Below the pieces are notes generated by a model, which worked only from the letters and a program-made list of their open reading frames with translations, did not search any database and was not told the origin of the DNA. Below are positions 38,710 through 51,500 of a DNA stretch of 64,000 nt, one piece after another. Made by a program: the position numbers and the translations under genes. Positions within the stretch are counted from its first letter, which is position 1. Every line of letters starts with the position of its first letter. This stretch comes from Lama glama (lineage: Eukaryota): contig CM052818.1 in assembly GCA_028534125.1 (NCBI GenBank), positions 6,574,001 to 6,638,000 of the forward strand, in the 5' to 3' direction.

Positions 38710-39199
38710 GAAGTTGGGGGCGGGGGTCCCTGCTTTCAGCTCTGAACAGAATTATTTGGGGACGGGGGCGGGTAAACAATTTGCACTTGTGGTTCCACAG
38801 GCTGTAATCTCGGGTGGAGAGCTGTGCTGTTTGCTCCCTGGGCATTTCACGGCATCATCAATGATTGATCATTGTAACTTACAGGAATCTTTTTCAAACA
38901 ATATTTTAATTGGAAAAAGCATCTGTCAGCTGTCAGGCTTCCAGCTTCCACTTTTGAGAAGCAGGATGTTGAATGTGAGTAATGACACAACAGGCCTATA
39001 AAATGCGGACTAACCCTCGGATGACTCATCCAGTGCGATGCAGTATATTTGTCAAGGAGACTGAATCATATATGGGGGAAACCACTTCTCAGGCAGCCAG
39101 CTGGTTCTCAGGCCCACAGGAGCCGATCCATTTTTATCGGAAGCTCTACAGTAGCAATAATGCTAATACCCAGCAGTTGGGCCCCACAATGTAGAGGAA
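38710..39199 (+). promoter_or_regulatory. SPRED2: Putative promoter and 5' UTR of exon 1b
   Basis: GC boxes at about 38718 and 38765, forkhead-like GTAAACAA at about 38773, TATAAAA at 38997-39003 and palindromic AP-1 ggaTGACTCAtcc at 39019-39031, all directly upstream of the exon 1b ATG. TSS not determined. Confidence 0.55.
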
Positions 39200-39216
39200 A
39201 TGGCATCGCCCGCCAG
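39200..39216 (+). CDS. SPRED2: SPRED2 alternative first coding exon 1b (isoform-b-type N-terminus MASPAS)
   Basis: gaaATGGCATCGCCCGCCAG|GTATGT: good Kozak context and a strong phase-2 donor. Splicing to exon 2 gives MASPASDSYIVRVK, versus recalled human isoform b MASPGSDSYIV. Confidence 0.88.
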
Positions 39217-39607
39217 GTATGTGCTTACTGTTTACTTGAACTTAATTTTCTTGTGGTTCTTCTCTTCTGCCTAGCCTTTCCGGTGTTTGCTTTTAACATT
39301 TTTTAAGGGAGGGGATAACATTATTCTAACTGTAAAGAACTGAAGTGTGTGTGTTTGTGTGTGTGTTGGGGGGGTGTGCTCGCACCCACGTGCAAGGGCA
39401 GATAGGTAACTACTGGTCTTTTGATGGACACAGAGCTCTTGTCCACTCATCCCCCCTTTCTGAAAACAAATTTCTCCTTAGATATTCAGAGAGAGATGGT
39501 GTGAACCCATCCCTTTTCATTAAGCCCAGAGTTTAAAAGATGCTGCCTAGGAAACAGCTTGCAGAGGTGGTATACCTTTTGAGAGGGAGTGGGGTAGCTG
39601 AGATCTT

Positions 39608-39715
<108 letters not shown>

Positions 39716-42145
39716 AAATGAACCAAGGAGGTGGTCTGATGATAACTATTGGACTTATTATGTGGGATTTTCCCCCCCAGTGTTGTGCTTTTTCCCACCC
39801 CCTCAAGATGGATGGCTTAATGCCAGAAAGCTCTGTTCCCCTACTAAGTGAATATTCTTTTGCAAATCATGATGTACTTCTACTGAATCCATCCATTAAC
39901 TTTTTCTAGGTGGGAGAAAGGGTGGTGGAGCTTTGGTAACAGCATTTAATTATAGCTTTCACATGATCTGAAGGATTGTTCTGCATAATTGGGAGGCTGT
40001 GTTGCCCGTCTGACCCTCTCCGCACTCACTAAATTTAAACAATGCCTGACTAGTTAAGGCACATATCTTGTTTATTTGAGTGTATTCAACATTCCTCTGT
40101 GTGTTGACAGTCCATTCAGCGTCTCCTCATATTTTTTTAAAAATACTTTCTGTGTCCTGCTTGTAGGGACAGATGCTATAGTTAGTTTATAGCAGCACTA
40201 TTTATGCTTTTCTGGTCTGTCTGTCCAGCATGGCTGGGTGAGGACCTGTATCATAACTGCCCACAAATTTGCCTAAGATCGAGCATTGGTGAAGCAGCCC
40301 TGCCTGGGTGGTAAATTCTGTTACCACTCGGAGAGCATTAAACAGATCTGGGGTTACCAAGCTGGAGAAGTAGGCGGTCTTTTTTCCTCTTCCCCTTTCT
40401 TGTAAAAACCCATCAAAATGACTTGTCTTCCTTGAGGTATGTGTATTTGGAACTCTCAGTAAATATATTCGGTTTACTTATTTCAATACGTTCAGAAATT
40501 CGGATGATCTGGTGAGCCAGCATGAAATGAGTTTGTTTGGTTTGCTTCCGTTTGTTTTGTAGATTGAGGGGTACGCTTTTTTTAGAATGGCCAATTTGTT
40601 TTTGGAGTCGGGACCATCTCCAAATTTCATTAATTTTGCATTCTATAAATGAAAGCCACCTGTTATGCTGTAACATGCTAATTATGGTAGGGGACAATAA
40701 TGAGGAAGAACAGTATTTGAAATATGTGGGGGTTTTGCTAAGAATTTTCCTGCCCACATCTGTACTGCTTATTTTTATATGTGTGTGTACACATGCATAT
40801 ATAGTGAATATTTAATAATAGCATTTGGTGATATTAAAAAATGCTTCAGATTCAAAGTGAGAGTTCTTTTCGTGCCTTCTCATTAACATTTTTTTTTAAG
40901 TTATGGAAGAAAAGCTCCTTTCAAATGTTAGCTTGAACTCAAGCCTGAATTTTGCCATCTTCCAGTCAACGGGGGTTCTCTCTTGAAGCTTTGGCAGATG
41001 CCACAGGGCTCACTTTGTCCAAAGTCATTAGGAAAAGAATGGCCTAGTAATGTGAATTAAAGGGAGAGTAACTAATTGACTGGTTTCGCCAAAATCTTAG
41101 GTTTTGGTATCTTTTATTTTTGCTTTGAGGCCTACAGAAAATACTATAGGCAGGCATGTAAAAACATTTCTTCTAAAGTTCTTGATTGATTGGTGTTTTC
41201 TGTGTCTGTGGAAATGTCTTGCTGTCCTGTGATTGCTGGAGTTGAGACTAACTCAGGTCCTGTCCACATTATCTCAGGGCAGCGTAGATGGCTTTGGCTT
41301 TGGTTACATTTCACCCTCAGGGCATATTGATTCTTCGAGATGGAGGGTGACAGTCACCCCGAGGGATGTGGCTGCAGCTCCTGGTGGCCCCTTCACCGTT
41401 AAACCCCGTGAGCCATCAGTCCAGAGTGACCGTATAGTTTTCAGATTCCTCCTTTCCCCTTTGAGGGAAAGGGAATACGGTTGGTGCCGAGGGTCTCCCA
41501 TCATCAACTTGGAAGCAATCAGTAGATACTGAGAGACACGCTGCCCTGTTCAGAGCTCTGTGCTGAGTGGTGTTAAATTTAAAACTGCCGTGTTCCGGGC
41601 GCAGCCCCGACCTTTCTTTCCTTCCCTCTTCAGTGGGGATCCATCCACCGTTACCGGTGATAGCTTCCTCCCAGTTTTCTTTCATTCCTGGATTAACTGG
41701 AGTTTGTAATCCAGAGCTGCTAATTGTTGTTCTGTCTAGAAGCAGCTGTTGGCTATTCCCTTCTGGTTCCTCAGAATCCGACTTTTCTTGGATGGAAATC
41801 AAGAAAGAACTGCCCGATGCAGAAATTCATTTGATAGTTTTGGTGGCCATGTTTTCTCAGCCAAGTAGACCGACAGCCTCCAACAAAGGGTCTTTTTTAC
41901 CCCCTTCTTCCTTGAGGGGGAGTGGCAGTCAGGGAGGGAGTTTGAATCCTCAGAGCTTAGAGCATCCAGGATATTTTAGCGGAACAGATGAGCAGACATC
42001 AAGGACAGTCTCCCAGTCTTTGAGTTTTGAAGACCCCTCCCCTCTCTAGCAAGTATTAAAATTATATTCTAATGACTCGAAGCTATGATGAATTCAGTAA
42101 CCATTTAAAATTACTATCAACATTAAAAAAAAAAACTTACTTCTC

Positions 42146-42420
42146 TAGAAATAGACTCATGGACATAAAAAACAACCTGTGGTTACCAGGAGGGAAAGCC
42201 AGGGAGCAGGGGGGATAGGTTAGGAGTTTGTAACACAAAACAGATAATCAACAAGGACCTACTGTATAGCTCAGGAACTATATTCAGTTCCTTGTAATGA
42301 GCCACAATGGAAAAGAAACTGAAAATATACGCATGATGTGTGTGCATGCATAACTGAATCACTTTGCTGTACACTTGAAACTAACATTGTAAACTGACTA
42401 TACTTCAATAAAAAGTAAAA
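42146..42420 (+). mobile_element. L1 3' UTR fragment (L1_Art-like)
   Basis: agaaatagactcatggacata...aacaaggacctactgtatagc...ctatacttcaataaaaa, typical of cetartiodactyl L1 3' ends. Confidence 0.88.
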
Positions 42421-42430
42421 ACACTTACTT

Positions 42431-42474
42431 GTACAACATTGTTAATCAGCTATACTTCAATAAAAAGATAAAAT
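42431..42474 (+). mobile_element. Second, very short L1 3' end
   Basis: caacattgttaatcagctatacttcaataaaaa. Confidence 0.75.
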
Positions 42475-44310
42475 AAACTTACTTACTTTTACTTAGAGAG
42501 ACCTGCTCAGTGAGTCCGTGGTCTGTTGCTGCTGTACTTGGTGGATAATTTATGGATGCGTGGGGAGAGCTGTAGCCCCGGGGAAGAGCTAGACCTGTTC
42601 ATTTTTGTCCTTTGCCCACTGTTCTGCTGTGACACTGTCCTCCCCACATCCGGAGTTTATGGCCACTCTGCCTACAGAGTGGGTGGGATTAATAGCACGT
42701 GTAGATACATCTTGTATCGTTATCTGGAAATACTGACTTTCCCATGTGGCTCAGAAAAGCTAGAGATAAGAACAGAGCAGCCTTAGGACATCAACCCCAC
42801 TCTTAAGGACAGGCGAACGGGGTGAATGACCATTTTGTTATCAAACCAGCCTGGACTCTTACTAGCCCTGAGCATTCTTCCAGGTATAAGTTTGCTGGTA
42901 GCCTGTGTGCAACTAGGCCCAGACTGTCTTAGGCTGGACGAGGTGGACGAGGGACAGTTATGGAAGCCATGCCCATTCCCAGTTGGATTCTTAATCAGCA
43001 GCACTTCTTCACGACAAATGATCACCAAAAAGAAAGGAAATGCCTCAGAGCCGGGATGGGATCTCAGCCCTCTTCGAAGGCTTTTGGCTGGCATGACAGT
43101 CTGCCTTCCTGACTGCACACTCTGAGCCCAGCTCAGGGCGTCTGCTGCCTTATCTTCGTAGAGCTCTGTGCAAGGAACCACAGCAAGATACTATCTCTTT
43201 CCAGATTTCAACCCAAGAGATGACTTTTCATTTTCACTGTTAATTCATAGAGTTGTAAAGATTTTCAGATTGGAGATGTCCAAGTTGGTTTGGCTTTTTT
43301 TGTGGTTTTCTTTTAAACACTTATTCCTTGTCCCCAGCCCCTGGAAGAGAGGGGTTGCCTGCCATTGCTCCGGCCCCGTGGGGCCTGCTGTTTGACTGGG
43401 CCTCTTGAATTCCATCAAGTGAAGCAGACAGCATGTGTCACAGAGGCTGCTTGGGAAGGGTGAAGAGCAAAATTAGTGTCCGTGGGTGGGCATGTGTTCT
43501 CATCACATCGCCAGAGAACTGCAATGTGCAAAATCTGGCAGGAGCTCGTTCCAAAGAAAAATAAAGCAGCCCCTTTTCTCTGCTTTGAAAAATATTAAAA
43601 AATCTCGCTAGCCCCCATGTTGAAGAAATGGAACTGTTAGAAAATTGTGTGTGTGTGTGTATTTTTAATAGTCTTAAAAACTGAGGTTGGAACAGAAGAG
43701 AGAAAAGGAGATTTTATAATCACAAAAAATATTTTTAGGGATTCTGCCGCTTATATTGTCAACGTGGCAAGGGTTCTAGTAGAACTGGCTAAGGGTTAGG
43801 GGAATTTGTTAAGAGCTAACAATTAGGGGTGAGTCTGTTATGCTTAACTTTCTTCTGTTCTTTCATATGATCTTGTAAGAAAAGCTATTTTTGTCTCAGT
43901 AAAGCCAATTACAAAGGAAACGTTTGTGTTTTCATATATTTGCCTTCTATCCCAAGAACAGAGCGAAGGCAACGTTTACATTCATATTAGAGACACAAGA
44001 CCTCCCTTTTATAGTTACCTTGAGGAGATCTTGCAGGTTTTTCATTGTTCCTCAGAGTATAGAAGAATATTTCTCAGATTAAAGCGTGGTTATAATGTAT
44101 GTAGTTTGCACAGTGGACCTATGCTATTTTTATAATTAGGGGAGAGTTTCATGGGCTTTTTAAAATAGTGGCAACGTTTACTTCTTAAAGATAACAGAAA
44201 TGTTCTTTTAGCCAAAGCCTCAGATTTGTGAATTTAGAGTCTTTGTTGAGTATACCTATTTCAAGCAGCCCCTTTTTATTTCTCAGATTAATTGACTCGG
44301 GCAGGGGAGG

Positions 44311-44755
44311 CAAAAACACACAACATAAAATTTACTGTCTTAACCATTTTTCAGTGTACAGTGTATTGGTGTTAACTATACATCCATTATTGTACAACAG
44401 ATCTCTAGAACCTTCTTATCTTGGGAAACTGAAATTCTGTACTCATTAAACAACTATATCCCCTGACCCCAGCTCTTCACAGCCACCATTCTACTTTCTG
44501 TTTCTATGAGTTTGACTACTTTAGATATAATTTAAAAGTGGAATCACGAAGCATTTGTCTTTTTGTAAGTGGCTTATTTCACTTAGCATAATGCCCTCAA
44601 AGTTCATCCATGTTGTCGCATATGACAGGGTTTCTTTCATTTTTAAAGCTGAAAAATAATCCGTTGAATGTATTTTCTTTATCCATCGTCCCCTGATGGA
44701 CCTTTAGGCAGTTTCCACCCCTTTGCTATTCTGATAATGCTTCAGTGAACGTGTG
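44311..44755 (-). mobile_element. L1MA/L1MB-type fragment
   Basis: aacataaaatttactgtcttaaccattttt...ggcttatttcacttagcataatg...ttcatccatgttgtcgca. Confidence 0.85.
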
Positions 44756-45446
44756 AAGTGAACTGTCTTTTGAAATAGTAGTTGACTTTCGATAAATGTT
44801 AGGGTTAATTCATTCATGCAAACGCACCAGAAAAAGTGCCACCATGTCACATCCCCAGTGTCTAGCCTTCCCAGTTTACACAAGAGCTCGGTAAAGTTAC
44901 TATGGGAAATTGCTGGGTACGTAGTGATTTTCAGTCCAGGATGGTGTATTTATGGTTCCTTCAGGGATCATGACTTTCCTAGAGGTGAGCTTAGTCCTGG
45001 AGAGTGGCTGAAACACACTGATGAATGATCTGGGCTGTGGGTAGTTCCTCTCGATCAGACATTAAGACAGGAGCCCTTTTATCCTTTCTTCTGATAGCGG
45101 ATGGCAGCCTGCAGTGACTGCATGGCTTCATGGTAGTGTAATTGTATCTGTTTGGCCACCAAGACTGCCACCTTGCCGGTAAAGCTCTCTGGTGGGAGAA
45201 GCTGGCCCTGGCTGCTTGGTTGACCTGCCTCAGGCAGTGATCTTTAGCCACCGCTGATGCGTGACCAGAAGCTCGGTTGGGCTCCTTGGCACGAGCCGGT
45301 TGGTGATAGCCAGGAAAGCCCAAATTCGGCAGCTTAGTCTCCGAGGGTCTCAGTTGTTTGTGCAGATCATGAGTCTTGAAATCAAATGGTTAGTAGTCCC
45401 CCTAATTAGCTCTAGTGTTCCTTGGAAGTTCAAACTAGAGTACTCT

Positions 45447-45552
45447 TGGGGGTCAGGGGGAGGGTAATAGCTCAGGGGTAGAGCGTGTGCTTAGCATGCA
45501 TGAGGCCCTGGGTTCAACCCCCAGTACCTCCACTTAAAAAACAAACAAACAA
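45447..45552 (+). mobile_element. Vic-1-like SINE
   Basis: A and B boxes. TSD aaactagagtactct (45432-45446) / aaactagactactct (45553-45567). Confidence 0.92.
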
Positions 45553-48500
45553 AAACTAGACTACTCTCCTACAAATGAAACAGTACTTTAAGAAGATGGT
45601 GTTAAACCGTGAGCCAGCTCGGTAGCTAATTGGCCTCTACATTCTCCCTCCTTCCCAGTTCCTTTATGGCAGGAAATAAACTTAATGGAAGCACGTGTAC
45701 CCCACGGATGGCTCAGTCTTGTGATAGCGCGGCAGGAAATTGCCGTGTAGGTCAAATCCTGTCCCTCCTTGGAGTCAAGAACTCATCAAGAATCCTGCAA
45801 TCCTTGCCTTGTCCCTGCCCTTGCTAATTGCTCACCAGCTGTCACTGCCGCCATAAAAGAAAAGAACAACTTCCCCAATAACACTTGTTTGGAATTCCTG
45901 AAGCATCAGTACTGATAACCATTGTCACATTGCATTTAAACCAGTCCTCGTGAGCGTAGGTAACGTAAGTGCTTTCCTTTTGGTTCATCCTAAAGTGTGA
46001 TTGTCACACTGGCTCTCTTTTGAGCTATTCAAGATCCAGTAGTGCCAAATTCCAGGGACCCAAAAGGAAACCTAAATCAGGAGGTTAAGAGTTTCTCCTT
46101 GATTGATTTCCCTTTTTCTCCCCCATCCCACACCCAGGTAGAAAACTCCTGGCAAAACCCAGCCAGAGCCCATAGAACTAACTGACTGTTCCCAGCAGAG
46201 AAGGGAGAGAGGCTTCTGTTTCAGAGACTGTCAGCAGGCAGTACGAACCACTTGGGAATAGATCTGCGATTCGCGTATTTTAGGAATTGATTAGGCTTTC
46301 GTGGACTGCAATGAGGTTCCAGCTGCTCACCATTTTATGTTGTTCCTTTGCGGAAAAGACATTGTAGTTTCAAACAACTGATTTACAAGAAAACTGTTAG
46401 ACCAGAGCTCATTGGTGACATGGAAGACCCAAGGTGTAACCTGACATACCCAGAGCTGCTTTAGCAAAGGTCTACAAGTAAACCTCTTTCCCCGTTTTTA
46501 AGTTAAGCAATTGTTTCATTACCTTTCCCTCACATTTACCCTCTTGCTCTCTGAATGTAGTCAAGATCAACACGGGAATGGCTGTCTTGAGTCAAATGAT
46601 AAAGCAGATTTGGGAGAAAAGAGGCAGATTCCTCTTCTCTCTTCCTGCATTTGCGCCCCAAGTACGTCTTGGTGATTTTCTTTCATGTAGCTAAGGAGAA
46701 TCTCCCATTTGTGGGTGCATAAACCCAGCTAGATGGCTGGGTTGTCCCTGTTTCGTTCAAAGGATCTTATTCAACTTGTTAAAACTCAATTTTCATCATT
46801 TTCTTGCTTTTTCAAAGTCCTCTGATAGGCCAGCTCTGCTCCCGGGAGCTTTATAATTACATAATACCACTTGCATTGAGGGAACATATCTGTTAGTCTG
46901 TCGTGGTTTCAGGTCTTTGTGGTTTGAGTTTGTTTTTGGTTTTTTTTTTCTGATTCAGAAGATATTTTCAGTTGCATTTTACTGCTGAAAGTTTTCTGAT
47001 CTGCTCTGTAGAATATTTGCTAAGCCCTCTGGCATGGCTTGAAGGCCACGTGTTTTTTTTTTCCACACAAAGTTACAAAGAGACCAAAGTTGAAAAGGGA
47101 CCTCAGAGGTCACTGGGCCCCTCCCCCTTATTTTAGATGTGAAGACACTGTGGCTCACTGGTAGCGTTGGGGGTGTCTCACCCAGGAGTGAGGAGATGGG
47201 CTGCAGAGGTCAAGTCTGCTGACTTAGGGCACCAGTTACAACACCTGATCCAAAAATGAGGACTGCCTCTGCTGGTGTGAAACTTGGCCACCCCCAGCTC
47301 TGCCATTTTTGTGTGTGGCTGTGTTATTAGTGATACCTCGTCATCTCTCTTTATGATTTCTTTGTCAACCAGTTTCCCATCCAGTACATTTTGAGGCCAA
47401 TGAGAATTAACCTCTTGTATCCTCTAGATGACCTACCTGAGATGGGAGACCTTTGCCACAACTCTGGGCCATTTCAAAACAAAGTGGAGGGGACCTGAGG
47501 GGGTTGTTTAGACACTGGATTTTAGTCCCTTATCTGTCCCTAATGCCAATGACCTTGAACAAGTCCCTTCTCCAGTCTGGATTTTAATTTTTCCATCTAA
47601 GCAAGGGGTCTGCAGTAGATGGTTTCTATGATTCTTTCTAGCTTAAAAAGTGAGTAACTGATTTGTTTGGTGGCTCTTCACCAGTCATAATTGAAAACCT
47701 AAGCTCTCTCTGCTGGCCCTCCTCTTTTCCAGTCTCTACCTGGGAAAGGAATAGCCCAGAATTCTTCAGGGATAATGAATGTTTCATGCGTGCATTATTT
47801 ATTAAGCTTTTCATCACTGATGAAGGAGGTGGCAGAATCCTAGAATGAAGAAACTAAGTGAACTGGTATTCTTGACACTTGAAAGGACATCCATGTCCAG
47901 TGGATTTTAAAATCCACTCAGCCTGTTGCTAACAGGACATGCTGACTTGCTTTCCTCCCTGTGGGCTAAGTTATCACCTCCTTTTGTGTGAGAGCAGGTC
48001 TTATTAAGGACTGGCTTATAAAAGATTTTGTAGGTTTAGAATTTAGTATTGCTGTCCATTTAGGTTACAGCCCTGCACATTTTCTTTTTCCTTATGAGTC
48101 TTCAAGTGTTGAGAAAAGTTGAAAGAAGGATACTGTTGAGACCCACCCGCTCCAGTCTGCACCTAGCATTTAACTCTTCCTGCTTTATCACATACATCAT
48201 CTATCCATCCATCAATCCCTTGCTCCGTCCGAAGATGCCATGATTTTTTTTTAATGCATTTCCGAGTTTGTTGGAGATACAGCATGCTTCTCCCGGAATG
48301 GTTCATCATGTGATCGTAAAGCACTCTCTTCCTTTTCGTTTTCTCCGATTCAGTGAGAAAGCAAAGATTTCTGAGAAAGTCAGGTGTAGAAGTTCAAGGG
48401 CTGCAATTTTAAGACCTGAATTGGAGATTATTAACTTAAAATCAGCTCTCTTTGCCATTTGAGTTTCGAAGTACCAATTTCTCTGTTACGTGTATACTTT

Positions 48501-51500
48501 AATGTGGTGAAAGTTAATTTTGTTTAGTAATCCACCATTTCCATTAGCGGGCCTTTGGGGGTTTAAATGTGGATCGTAAATTCCATTTTTGGAAGGGTGT
48601 GTAAAACAGAGAGCAAGTCAAAAGGAAATTATTGCTTTTGGAGTAAAAAGTAGGAGAAGAAAGGGTTCTTCAGCGGTGGGTTATTTTGTTTGTTTCAAGT
48701 TGGTAATCCTTTGATCTTGATTAATTATGAACTCCACTGAACTCTGGGCTCAGCAGAGCAGTAGACAATAAAAGCAAAATCATAAACCTAGATTCAGACT
48801 TTGGTCTCTCACCTGCCAGGACTCTCTCGTCCCCACTTGGCACTGTGTGATCACCATGAAACTCACCCTTTAGGATAGAACCACTTCAGTCTATAAAAAG
48901 TAGATTCATTCTTTGTTGGTTTGAATAAAATAAATTTCATTTTTTAAAGCGGTTTACTCGTATCAAACTAGTCTGTGTTTTGGTGATTTTTGAGAATAAC
49001 TCAGAAATCTCCATAGATGCCTTGAATGTTAATGAACTGAGAAAATCATAGTATAATTTCCTAAAACGTTTTAGGTGATCTTAAAATATCCATGTTAACC
49101 ATGTTAGAGAATCTATGTATACAGCTATACTAGAATTAACATTAAAATTAAACACACATACATGTATATGTTTATCTTACTGTTTCAGTAACAGCAGATA
49201 CGATCCCCAACTGTACAGGTAAAAGGAAGGAGTGGAGGTGGATTGGGGCCATCTGAGTCTGGCAGCTTTGCTTGATGTAGGAGATTTGCCTTGAAAAGAA
49301 GAGTCTAAATCAGAATTATCCCCCTTTTGCTAATATAATCCTCACCTATAACAGTGCAGAGAATCATTAATGCTGGATTTTTTAAAAGACATCTGCCCCC
49401 TCCCCCAAGTTTTTAACTCTGTTGAATTCAATGAAATTGCAAATTTAAAAATAATTAATTGTATTATATTTACTTCCAAATCTAAGGATTTTTGTTGGTG
49501 GTGGAGAGTAGTATGAGTTAATTTCCTGGAGCCAATGGTTTAAAACTCAAAATTAATTTAAAATGCATCCCAGAGCCTGCTATTAAGGTAATTACCCACT
49601 GTTTAGATCCTTGACAGATAAGAATACAGAGGTCCCAAGTGGTCAACCAGGAAACCCACCTAGGATTTAAGGGGCCCACACATGCCCAGGAATCTCCAGT
49701 TCCCTGGACCCCCCCCAGGATGGGGAAATTAGGATTTCTGCTATGAGTAGAAATTAGAGCAAATTTCAAGTTTCAAGAAAAAATGATGACTCTCCTCACT
49801 GATTGTGCGTTTCCCACAATCAACTAGCACGCCTGCCCTGCCCCATCTCGCTGCCTTTCTAGCTGGGTGCATTACTCGCCTCAAGAGGTACTTGCTCAGG
49901 AAAGTTCCATTGACACAGGGAGAGTTGCCAAAGAGCCATTAAAAAAAATACATCTGTCTTAGACACAACTTGTAAAATTGCCTTTCAGGTGCTAAGATTT
50001 ACTTCATCGAATGCTTCATTGTTCAGGTTTCATACTGCCCCGTGTTACGGTTTTAGGTTGTACGTTAGCACAACAGCCCCAACGCCTTTGTCTTTATTGT
50101 GCCCCAGCTGCAAGTGACCCGTCCTTGTGGAGACTATACATTTAGTATTCTTGTGGCTTCTGGATTTCAGTTCTGAATTTAAATGTAGGTAGAAAGGATA
50201 TTTTTGTTTAAGGAAAAAAATAACTCCATCCTTAAGACGTTGGCCATATTAAGTAAGAAAAGTTCAAAGGTTTTGGTAAAAAGACTTTACAGAAGAAGAG
50301 AAAATTGAGAGCAGCACATCTAGCCAAATCACTCTTCTCCTGTGGAGGATTTATGCCTGTTCAGACTACAGGTGATAAAAGCGCAGAGGTTAAATTTAAG
50401 GTGTTTTAGAGACAGTACAGTGGAGTGATTCTAATGGAACTCTGTAAACCTTGCTGAGAAGGAAACCCCCAAAGTGTTTTAAAGCAAACTTCCATTGCGC
50501 CTGGGCACTGTGGTAGGGGACGGGGGCCACCAGAAGCTCTGACTTGCCCCGGCAGCTGTGGATTTTTCTAGCTCACCAGAACTGTCGGGGAGTGCTCCCT
50601 GGCCAGTGTTCCCAGGCTGCAGGGATGCCGGGGGGGGGGGCCCTGATTACCTCTAGTCTTTCCTTGCAGGCCTCTGAAGCCTCTGTAAAGCTCACAGCTT
50701 TGACGTCTAGCCCTGATCTTTGTTCCTTTGTGTCTTTGCTCCATTTCCTTTTCTTGGCCATCACGAGTCACAGGGCACATGACCAGCAGGTACCCTCCAC
50801 TTGGGACAGCAGGCAGGTGTCCATCCATTCCCATGGACATCTGCCGGGTGTGGGTTTCAGCCCCACGTGCCAGAGAGGGTGCAGGAATGTTCTGTGCGCA
50901 TGCTGCTCTGGCTCTTGGCAGCCTGAAAGTGTAAGGTAGCACTTGGGAGATGGGAAAAGGTGTCTCCTTACAGCACATTGTAATTTAAAGGAAAATCTTA
51001 TAGATGCCCATAGCATCCTACATCAGCACTGTATGTTGAACAAGGTATGGACGTTTATTTTGAATCACAGAAGCACTAGCTTATAAAAGCCAGGAGTTCA
51101 CAGTAGTTACTCTAAAGGGAGTGTTTTGTATTAAAATCTCGGTAGGGAAACAAAAGGACTAGAGGCCCATGTCTAATAAACTTCCAACTTGCTAGGGTCA
51201 GTTCTAAAGAATGTTTTATAAATTGTTAAATGTAATCATCATTCCTGTTCCAAATATCAATGGTGCTGGCAGTGTCCTTCATAACAGAGAAAATGCCCCC
51301 TTCTAATATGTGCACTAGAAAACGGTGTGTGGGTGAGCAGGTCTATTTATACGCTTCAGGGTAGCTAGGTAGCGTGAACAACAAAGATGCTGGGCTTACA
51401 CGGGGCGTGTCCCATACCTCCCCCTCTGGGTCCAGGTGGAACCAGGGGCAGGGAGCGCTCTAGTGACCTTGCAGGACAACAGAGCTTACTAGCGATAATG

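Noticed and set aside
50650..50940. Possible cryptic exon after ctttccttgcag (and a similar acceptor at about 53087)
   Set aside because: No convincing paired donor or meaningful frame; such motifs are common in introns.
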